Source of the DNA: a virus
Virus record (IMG/VR): IMGVR_UViG_3300036791_001321
Coordinates: 1 to 40,855 of that record
Reading direction: 5' to 3' (one strand)
Length of the DNA stretch: 40,855 bases
In this document: one piece after another, positions 34,288 through 40,500 of the stretch
Layout: each line of letters begins with the position of its first letter
Position numbering within the stretch: the first letter of the stretch is position 1
The notes under the pieces: generated by a model
What the model saw: the letters and a program-made list of their open reading frames with translations, nothing else
What the model was told of the DNA's origin: nothing
Databases searched by the model: none
Position numbers and translations under genes: made by a program

Positions 34288-34315
34288 GCGTCGAGTTCAA
34301 AGAAGTTGGTTTTGC

Positions 34316-34594
34316 TCATGGCGATGTGCCTCCTTTGCTGTTGCGTCTTTGGTGGGACCGCATGCCCTCTTGCACAGTCTTAAGATCGCGTTCGAACGCC
34401 GCGGCGATGGTGCGCGCGCCGAGGCCGCACGCATGGATACGCACCCACACCGACTGTCGGATGCGCGACAGGGGTTGCGACTTGTCGTGACTGATGAGAT
34501 CGGCCAGCGCCACGCCATCGCGCATGAACACCTCGCTCACGATGCGCGCGACGCTCGCGCGGGTGAAGATCCAATGCGACGGTTGCGACGACAT
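34316..34594 (-). CDS. DnaA-domain-IV-like HTH protein
   Basis: VSEVFMRDGVALADLISHDKSQPLSRIRQSVWVRIHACGLGARTIAAAFERDLKTVQEG parallels the DnaA C-terminal DNA-binding domain pattern (..S..R......RQ.AMYL...T..S...IG..F.RDH.TV.HA). The start was set at M88 of the listed ORF and overlaps the upstream stop (TGATG). Confidence 0.55.
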   Translation of the reverse strand: MSSQPSHWIFTRASVARIVSEVFMRDGVALADLISHDKSQPLSRIRQSVWVRIHACGLGARTIAAAFERDLKTVQEGMRSHQRRNSKGGTSP

Positions 34595-34842
34595 CAGTAC
34601 AGCCTCCACACCCGCAGTTTTTGACCTTCCGCGCGGGCGGTGAAACGGCGCGGCGCATAGCGATGGTTCGCCGCCGACACCTGGACACGCGCAATTCTCG
34701 TGGTCGCGTTCTCCATCAGGAAACTGTCGCCGACGTTCATTTCCGCCCACGGGTATTTGAGATTGCGCCTTCTCAGCGACGCATCGGGAAGCGGAACGCC
34801 GTGCGCAAGTTTCACAATCGCCATGGCTAACGGGCCTTCCAC
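34594..34842 (-). CDS. Hypothetical protein
   Basis: An 82-aa ORF (or 76 aa from MAIVKL at 34824) with the motif KYPWAEMNVGDSF. It is coupled to the downstream gene. Confidence 0.45.
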   Translation of the reverse strand: MEGPLAMAIVKLAHGVPLPDASLRRRNLKYPWAEMNVGDSFLMENATTRIARVQVSAANHRYAPRRFTARAEGQKLRVWRLY

Positions 34843-35036
34843 ATCCGCTCGACAAGCGCGGACGACGGCGGCGGCGGTTGCGGGTCGTCGATCAGCCCGT
34901 AATTCGTGCGCTGCAAATCCTCACGCCAGAGGGCGAGCAAATCCTTGAGTGACACGATGGGCGCGCGTTTCGCTTTATCGCTATCCCGATATTTCGCCGG
35001 CGTTTTGGAATAGCGCGCGCGCGCCATCATGGCCAA
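34827..35036 (-). CDS. Hypothetical protein
   Basis: A 69-aa ORF overlapping the acetyltransferase gene by 10 nt. Confidence 0.4.
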   Translation of the reverse strand: MAMMARARYSKTPAKYRDSDKAKRAPIVSLKDLLALWREDLQRTNYGLIDDPQPPPPSSALVERMWKAR

Positions 35037-35509
35037 TCTTTGAAAAAACAGTCTTTTACGCTCCGCGTTGTGCTGGTTATTTGCGCGCCTCTCACGATTG
35101 AATTGTCAGGGATATGGCACCCCTCAACAACCGTGTTGGCGGTAATGAACACATTGGAACCGATGCGCGCCGCACCCAATACTTTCACGCCGGGGAACAG
35201 CACAACGCCATCGCCGAGAACCGGCCTTTCGCCGTCGAGCGTCGCCCCTACGCCGCAATTCTGATAGCACACCAGATAATCGCCATAGGTCGCGCGACCA
35301 AGCACCGAGCCGAGCGGATGAACAAACCTTATATGCTGCGGAAGCTCCACTTCATAATACAGATCGATGGCATGATTTCGCCGCAACGATGACCAAATTT
35401 GATCGGCGCGCGCTATATCGCCGTCCAAGAATGCCCGCCGTGCTTTGCGATACTCCAACACGATCAAATCATCGAGCCGCGTTGCGTGGTAGAGATTAGA
35501 GTCGTCCAT
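35027..35509 (-). CDS. Hexapeptide-repeat (left-handed beta-helix) acetyltransferase, serine/sugar O-acetyltransferase-like
   Basis: FVHPLGSVLGRATYGDYLVCYQNCGVGATLDGERPVLGDGVVLFPGVKVLGAARIGSNVFITANTVV shows the [LIV]-G-x4 hexapeptide periodicity. Confidence 0.7.
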   Translation of the reverse strand: MDDSNLYHATRLDDLIVLEYRKARRAFLDGDIARADQIWSSLRRNHAIDLYYEVELPQHIRFVHPLGSVLGRATYGDYLVCYQNCGVGATLDGERPVLGDGVVLFPGVKVLGAARIGSNVFITANTVVEGCHIPDNSIVRGAQITSTTRSVKDCFFKDWP

Positions 35510-36200
35510 GCGGGGCCGCCCCCTGCGCTAGCGCTAAATCTTTCAGCGTTCCAATGTCGCGCCAGGCCGCGCTTGTTGGATAATAGATGACGTTTTGCTT
35601 TGCCTTGATGAGACGCCCAAACACCGTCGTCATATCGACCGGCACGCTTTGTAGAAAATTCATCACGGCGGGCGCGAGTACATAAACGCCCGCGTTGATG
35701 AAATATTTGAACGTCGGCTTTTCGGCGAGACCGGTAATTCTCAAACTATAGCCGTCGACAATGAGGACGCCGTAAGGGATGTTTTGTTCATGCATGTGTA
35801 CGGCCATTGTGGCGTCCGCCCCCAATGTCGAATGGTAATCAACGAGCTTCTCGAACTTCAGGTCGGTAACGAGGTCTCCATTCACGACCAGGAGCGGCCA
35901 GCCGGGGTCTTTCATCAGACTGAGCGCACCGGCTGTTCCCAACTTTTCCGTTTCAATGACATAACGGATTGCCACACCCCAAGGACGACCGTCCCCGAAA
36001 TGGTCCTGAATGTCGTCCGCCCGGTAATTCACCGCAATCGTGATATCGCGAAATCCCTGGCATGACAGTTGTTCGATCAATCGCTCCAAGATCGGAATGC
36101 CGCCGATTTCCAGCATGGGCTTGGGTCGATCCAGGGTTAGGGGATGCAAACGCATCCCTAAGCCGCCAGCCATAATCAGCACGCTTGATGTGCGTACCAT
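35496..36200 (-). CDS. Sugar-1-phosphate nucleotidyltransferase
   Basis: The N-terminal signature LIMAGGLGMRLHPLTLDRPKPMLEIGGIPILE matches GxGxR-x-PLT-x3-PKP. The start was set at M43 (MVRTSS), 3 nt after the upstream stop. Confidence 0.8.
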   Translation of the reverse strand: MVRTSSVLIMAGGLGMRLHPLTLDRPKPMLEIGGIPILERLIEQLSCQGFRDITIAVNYRADDIQDHFGDGRPWGVAIRYVIETEKLGTAGALSLMKDPGWPLLVVNGDLVTDLKFEKLVDYHSTLGADATMAVHMHEQNIPYGVLIVDGYSLRITGLAEKPTFKYFINAGVYVLAPAVMNFLQSVPVDMTTVFGRLIKAKQNVIYYPTSAAWRDIGTLKDLALAQGAAPHGRL

Positions 36201-36202
36201 GG

Positions 36203-36538
36203 TTAGACCCTTTCGATAATCGGACAACTGCACGCGTGCGATTTCTTGGCCTTGGCGTTTTGCCAACCTTCGGCGCGCTTGAGATAACCGGCCCGGTGCG
36301 CCGCCATGATGAGCGCGCCCCAACAATTCGGGTGATGCGGTGCGGATACGCCGCGGCTCATGACGTGCTTGCGGATATCCTCACCGATGCCGCGCCAGCC
36401 GCGCGGGAGTGCTGCGACGGCTTGGAGTGCGCGGCTATGCCAATCGGGACCGTTGGCGATGACGTGCGCAATCGCTTGGTCGCGCGCGGTCTTGGCGGCG
36501 AGGAAATCGAAAATGCTGGTTTGATGCGCTTCGGTCAT
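36203..36538 (-). CDS. Hypothetical protein
   Basis: A 111-aa ORF with an ATGA-type overlap with the methyltransferase gene. Confidence 0.45.
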   Translation of the reverse strand: MTEAHQTSIFDFLAAKTARDQAIAHVIANGPDWHSRALQAVAALPRGWRGIGEDIRKHVMSRGVSAPHHPNCWGALIMAAHRAGYLKRAEGWQNAKAKKSHACSCPIIERV

Positions 36539-37308
36539 AGCAATGACTCTTGTTTGATTTTCAGCGGGGGCGGAATAAACAAGTCATATTGCTTGTAGGC
36601 GTCCGCGATGCGACGACAGGCGATGTCGAAATAAATTTGATTTTTTTCAACGCCGACAAAACGCCGTCCGGTTTTCACGCACGCGACGCCAGCTGTGCCG
36701 CTTCCCATAAAGGGGTCACAAACCAGCGTGGCGGGGTCGCTGAACAAAGCGACCAATTCCATGATGAGCGGCAACGGTTTTTGTGTCGGATGCTCGCCGC
36801 TACGATTTTTATTACACGTGAAATTGCCGGGTTTGCCGCCGCCGTTCCATCGGCTATAGCCGCGACCGCACCATGCCGTAACCATCATCTCATGCCCGAC
36901 CGATGGCCCTTGCCCGTTGAATTGCGGCATAGCGTCCGGTTTTATCCAGACCATTGCGCGCTTGTATTTTGCACCCGCGGCTTGCAATGAGTCACGCCAC
37001 GCGCGCACACCTTCGGCTATGCAAAAAATAATCGCCCATCCTTCGCATATGTTGACCATCGCTTGCGCGGCTTGGTCGCGGATTTCATCGATGGCGACAA
37101 ACCCGAGCGCGCCCCTGGCATAAATCGTTTTGAATTTTCTGATTTCGCCGAGCCGCGTCGAAAGCGTTGTTGCGCCAAAATTGTTCTGCATTACCATCTC
37201 ATAGGGCGGATCGGTCACCACCGCATCCACCGTGCCGAGCGTCGGCAAGATTTCGAGACAATCCCCAAGATACAATGTGCAATCGCCGATGGTTTCAATG
37301 CGACTCAC
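36535..37308 (-). CDS. Beta-class N6-adenine/N4-cytosine DNA methyltransferase (CcrM-like architecture)
   Basis: The N-terminal catalytic motif VVTDPPY is followed by C-terminal HPTQKPLPL and the AdoMet motif VCDPFMGSGTAG. The order DPPY then FxGxG defines the beta class. Confidence 0.85.
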   Translation of the reverse strand: MSRIETIGDCTLYLGDCLEILPTLGTVDAVVTDPPYEMVMQNNFGATTLSTRLGEIRKFKTIYARGALGFVAIDEIRDQAAQAMVNICEGWAIIFCIAEGVRAWRDSLQAAGAKYKRAMVWIKPDAMPQFNGQGPSVGHEMMVTAWCGRGYSRWNGGGKPGNFTCNKNRSGEHPTQKPLPLIMELVALFSDPATLVCDPFMGSGTAGVACVKTGRRFVGVEKNQIYFDIACRRIADAYKQYDLFIPPPLKIKQESLL

Positions 37309-37317
37309 GCGCCCTCG

Positions 37318-37725
37318 CTAGACCTCAAGGATGTCGATTCCCAGAACCGCCTTCATGAGTTTTTTCTTGAGCTCATACATCGGCGTGCGCACGCCTTTCA
37401 CATCCTCGACAATGCCGCACCATCTTGAGCAATCGGGAGTGCGTGTAACGAGCCATTCATAGACATGATCGGCGCGATACGTGCAAACCTTGATGCCGCG
37501 AATGACAATGGGGAAATCGACCTCGCGCCTGAGGTTGATAATTTCGCCGCGCTTTTCCATCGCCAGCAATTCCAGCCAGCGCCACGCCTGTTTTTTGGAC
37601 GCATGAACGATGCCGCCCGCGCGAAACTTCTCGTTGCGGTATTTGCTCGGCTTCTTGAATCCCGGGACCGACCGCGGCGCGTGCCAGCCGTTCATGACGC
37701 CCCCGCGGCTGAACCTCGTGGACAT
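37318..37725 (-). CDS. DUF1064-like protein (putative Holliday-junction resolvase-type nuclease)
   Basis: KYRNEKFRAGGIVHASKKQAWRWLELLAMEKRGEIINLRREVDFPI...YRADHVY...VEDVKG...YELKKKL matches the DUF1064 pattern as I recall it. Confidence 0.6.
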   Translation of the reverse strand: MSTRFSRGGVMNGWHAPRSVPGFKKPSKYRNEKFRAGGIVHASKKQAWRWLELLAMEKRGEIINLRREVDFPIVIRGIKVCTYRADHVYEWLVTRTPDCSRWCGIVEDVKGVRTPMYELKKKLMKAVLGIDILEV

Positions 37726-37745
37726 GGATGATGTGCGATGTCCGG

Positions 37746-37793
37746 AAAAAAGATGCCGCTCGCATCGCGACGGGGGGCAATGATGCGAGCGGC
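37746..37793 (-). terminator. Intrinsic terminator between the cro-like gene and the rest of the early operon
   Basis: On the minus strand, GCCGCTCGCATC-(15 nt)-GATGCGAGCGGC (12-bp perfect stem) is followed by ATCTTTTTT, 20 nt upstream of the next ATG. Confidence 0.75.
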
Positions 37794-37876
37794 GGCGTTG
37801 GGGCTTGGGGGCCTATGGTCTCCGGGGATGAGCGGAAACCCCAACGCGTGTCGCCTATATAAACCACCAGCGCGCA

Positions 37877-38149
37877 TTATTCACCCGCGTTGACGTGAAT
37901 GTTTGCGCTCACCTTGGAAAACTTGCGCTGCAGGGCGGCGATTTCCTTCGCCATGTAGGACTCGATTTTTTGCCGCGTGCGGTAGCGAAGCTCGCGGCCC
38001 TTTTTCATGCCGGCGATCAGCCGCGCATCGTTGGCGGCGCGCCGCCCGAAGGTTTCGGGCCGGATGTCCGCGGCCTCACAGAAGCGCAAAACGCGCTTGA
38101 GCAAATCCGCTTGGACTTTGGGCAGGAGGCGCGCGGGCATATCCCCCAT
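37877..38149 (-). CDS. Cro-like early regulator (putative), divergent from the repressor gene
   Basis: A 90-aa protein transcribed divergently from the CI-like gene across a 76-bp region containing a palindrome. A possible HTH is ETFGRRAANDARLIAGMKKGRELRYRT. Confidence 0.45.
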   Translation of the reverse strand: MGDMPARLLPKVQADLLKRVLRFCEAADIRPETFGRRAANDARLIAGMKKGRELRYRTRQKIESYMAKEIAALQRKFSKVSANIHVNAGE

Positions 38150-38153
38150 TACC

Positions 38154-38167
38154 GGGGAAATTTCCCC
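38154..38167. promoter_or_regulatory. Perfect 14-bp palindrome GGGGAAATTTCCCC, candidate operator
   Basis: It lies 5 nt upstream of the cro-like ATG, in the divergent cro-like / CI-like intergenic region. Confidence 0.55.
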
Positions 38168-38225
38168 AAGGCAAATAAGAAATAGTGTGTAGAAATTGCA
38201 AATTCAGAAAGCATATACTCACGCC

Positions 38226-38930
38226 ATGTCTCCACCGAAAAAACCCGCGAGTATTCGCAAGCATCTTTCCGCTTTGATTTTACGGAGCGGCTTTTCGTAT
38301 CAAGAACTTTCCAAGCGCCTCGGTAAAAACCCCTCTTACATTCGCGATTTCATTCGCCGCGGAACGCCGCGCGAACTTCACGAGCGCGAGCGCATCAAGA
38401 TTTCCATCCTTCTGCATATCGACGAGCGCGAACTACGTTCATACGTCGCGCCCAATAACGTATTTGAGGAAAATGGACGCCCTGAACATTTGACAAGCGC
38501 GGCCCCGAGTCCAAAGATTGAGTCGCAAATGTTCACCGATGCTGCGGATTTGCCCATGCGCGGAACGCCAATTTTAGAGAGCAAAATCGGGGCTTATTCC
38601 TTCATGGACAACCCGCCCATCGGGCTTGCTTTGCGTCCCGCGATCTTGCGCGGCGTCACCGACGCCTATTGCGTCGAGGTCGCCGATGATCTCATGGAGC
38701 CCGCGTTCCGACGCCGTTTCGTTCTTTGGGTGCATCCTTACCGGGCGGTCAACGCCGGGGACGACGTCATTGCTCATTTAAGGGATGGGACATCTCTTAT
38801 TCGCAACTTGGTCGAGCGCTCGGATGAGTTTGTGATTTTGCAATCTTTCAATCCCCAGAGATTGTTGAAGTTTCCTTCCAGCGAAGTCGCAAAGCTTCAT
38901 CTCATCATCGGCAGCACGCGCATAGCTTAA
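38226..38930 (+). CDS. CI/LexA-like repressor (XRE-type HTH plus S24-like C-terminal domain with substituted catalytic residues)
   Basis: The N-terminal HTH is FSYQELSKRLGKNPSYIRDFIRRG. The C-terminal domain aligns by eye to lambda CI (VEVADDLMEP vs LEVEGNSMTAP; SLIRNLV..ILQSFNPQ vs TFKKLI..FLQPLNPQ). The ATG at 38226 is preferred over the TTG at 38196. Confidence 0.7.
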   Translation: MSPPKKPASIRKHLSALILRSGFSYQELSKRLGKNPSYIRDFIRRGTPRELHERERIKISILLHIDERELRSYVAPNNVFEENGRPEHLTSAAPSPKIESQMFTDAADLPMRGTPILESKIGAYSFMDNPPIGLALRPAILRGVTDAYCVEVADDLMEPAFRRRFVLWVHPYRAVNAGDDVIAHLRDGTSLIRNLVERSDEFVILQSFNPQRLLKFPSSEVAKLHLIIGSTRIA

Positions 38931-38939
38931 GCGCTCCCG

Positions 38940-38958
38940 AAAAAATCGGTAGGGGATT
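38940..38958 (+). repeat. 19-nt exact repeat AAAAAATCGGTAGGGGATT, copy 2
   Basis: Identical to 28178-28196. It begins 10 nt after the repressor stop codon. Confidence 0.85.
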
Positions 38959-38979
38959 CTCCGGTTTCCCGATTGCGCC

Positions 38980-38995
38980 CGTGGAAATTTCCACG
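38980..38995. promoter_or_regulatory. Perfect 16-bp palindrome CGTGGAAATTTCCACG, candidate operator
   Basis: It shares the GGAAATTTCC core with 38154-38167 and lies 15 nt upstream of the ATG at 39010. Confidence 0.5.
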
Positions 38996-39009
38996 CTATC
39001 ACCGCGGGC

Positions 39010-39273
39010 ATGGACCCCGGCGCATTCCGCACCGCTCTTGACGACATCCGCGAAACCTTGCGGGGGGATTTTTTTGCGGCCATCCGCCGCGCGCGCAATG
39101 GCGCGATCATTTCCGGCTTGAGTCATTGCGGCCCGGTCGTGGGCGATCTGGACGCCGCGGCGCACAACTACATTCCCGACTTTCTCATCGATGCATTTCA
39201 CCGCACCGAGGTCGCGGTTGTTGACCTGGAGCGCGAGCACGGCGCGCGGGTTTTCATGCGAGACATCAAATGA
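39010..39273 (+). CDS. Hypothetical protein
   Basis: An 87-aa ORF with an ATGA overlap with the next gene. Confidence 0.45.
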   Translation: MDPGAFRTALDDIRETLRGDFFAAIRRARNGAIISGLSHCGPVVGDLDAAAHNYIPDFLIDAFHRTEVAVVDLEREHGARVFMRDIK

Positions 39274-39452
39274 CCGAGCATCGGTGCGTCTATTGCGGCG
39301 TCGCGCAAGGGGAGTTTCACCGCGAATGGTGTCCCGACCTCAAGGACGAGATCGGGCGCGAGGAAGCGCGGCGTTATTGGCAACGGCAGCGCGAACGTGA
39401 CTCCCGTGCCGAATTGCTTGCACGTGCGGCCATGCGGGTCATTTCCAAATGA
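39270..39452 (+). CDS. Small Cys-containing (zinc-ribbon-like) protein
   Basis: The motif is MTEHRCVYCGVAQGEFHREWCPD. The 60-aa ORF is coupled to both neighbours. Confidence 0.45.
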   Translation: MTEHRCVYCGVAQGEFHREWCPDLKDEIGREEARRYWQRQRERDSRAELLARAAMRVISK

Positions 39453-40279
39453 AGCATATTTCCAGCCTCGATTGCCTCGGCGTGGCCGCGCTGCTCGACC
39501 ATGGCGACGCTTGGCATTTCACGCGCGCCGCGGGCATCGGCGGTTCCGATGCGGGCATTATCGCGAGCGGCGACATCGAGCGCATGGAGCGCTTGCGCCT
39601 CGTCAAGACCGGCGCGGTCGAGTCCGACAATCTCGACCACGTTTTAGCCGTCCAAATGGGCTCATGGTCCGAGCCGCTCAACCGGCTATGGCTGTCGCGT
39701 GCGCTGCAAATGGATGTGCGCCCCGGTCGGTCATATGTCTCCGAATCTCATCCCTTCATGCGCGCCAATACCGACGGCGAAGCCGCCGACGGCGCGCTGG
39801 TCGAGTGCAAGCATACCGGCGCGTGGTCGAAAGCCGCCGACCTCATGCCGCGTTACTATCCGCAAATCCAGCATTGTTTGCACGTGACCGGTGCACCGTT
39901 CGCGTACCTCTCTGTGTTCATCGGCTCTGATAAACACGTATGGGAAAAGATCGAGCGCGACTCCGATTACATCGCCGGATTGATCGCCGCGGAAGAAACC
40001 TTTTGGTCTTATGTGACCACCAATAAGCCGCTTACGCCGGAACACGCGGTCGACCTGCCCGCGGCGATTGCCGACATGCGCGAGATCGATATGACCGGCA
40101 ACAATCTTTGGGCGACATCCGCGGCGCGTTGGCTGGAAGCGCGGCCCGCGGCGATGAATTACGAAATCGCGTGCGCGGAACTCAAGGAGCTTGTCCCGAA
40201 GGATGTACGGCGCGCGCTCGGGTACGGCGTTATGGCGGTGCGCGATGGGCGCGGATTGTCGATTAAACCGGTGAAATGA
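39449..40279 (+). CDS. YqaJ/lambda-Exo-like recombination exonuclease
   Basis: Motifs occur in the family's order: GIGGSDAGII, GSWSEP, ANTDGE, VECKH and YYPQIQHCL. Confidence 0.75.
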   Translation: MKHISSLDCLGVAALLDHGDAWHFTRAAGIGGSDAGIIASGDIERMERLRLVKTGAVESDNLDHVLAVQMGSWSEPLNRLWLSRALQMDVRPGRSYVSESHPFMRANTDGEAADGALVECKHTGAWSKAADLMPRYYPQIQHCLHVTGAPFAYLSVFIGSDKHVWEKIERDSDYIAGLIAAEETFWSYVTTNKPLTPEHAVDLPAAIADMREIDMTGNNLWATSAARWLEARPAAMNYEIACAELKELVPKDVRRALGYGVMAVRDGRGLSIKPVK

Positions 40280-40280
40280 A

Positions 40281-40499
40281 ATGGCGACGCACAAAATTAC
40301 CCTTACCGTAATCGTAACCGATGACGAAAACGCGGGCGCGGTCCTGAGCAAAACCACCATCCCGGTCGCGGTGCCGGTCGGCGACACGGCGGCGCTTCAG
40401 CCGTCATTCGCCGGGCAATGCATGGGGCCGCCGTCGCCCTTTACCACGTCCGATACCATGGATTCCGATTGGATCACCGACAAGCCAGGGAGTCTGTAA
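40281..40499 (+). CDS. Hypothetical protein
   Basis: A 72-aa ORF packed between the exonuclease and SSB-like genes with 1-nt gaps. Confidence 0.4.
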   Translation: MATHKITLTVIVTDDENAGAVLSKTTIPVAVPVGDTAALQPSFAGQCMGPPSPFTTSDTMDSDWITDKPGSL

Positions 40500-40500
40500 A

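Noticed and set aside
39731-40387. 218-aa minus-strand ORF antisense to the exonuclease gene
   Set aside because: It is an Arg-rich shadow ORF, while the plus-strand YqaJ-like motifs are clear.
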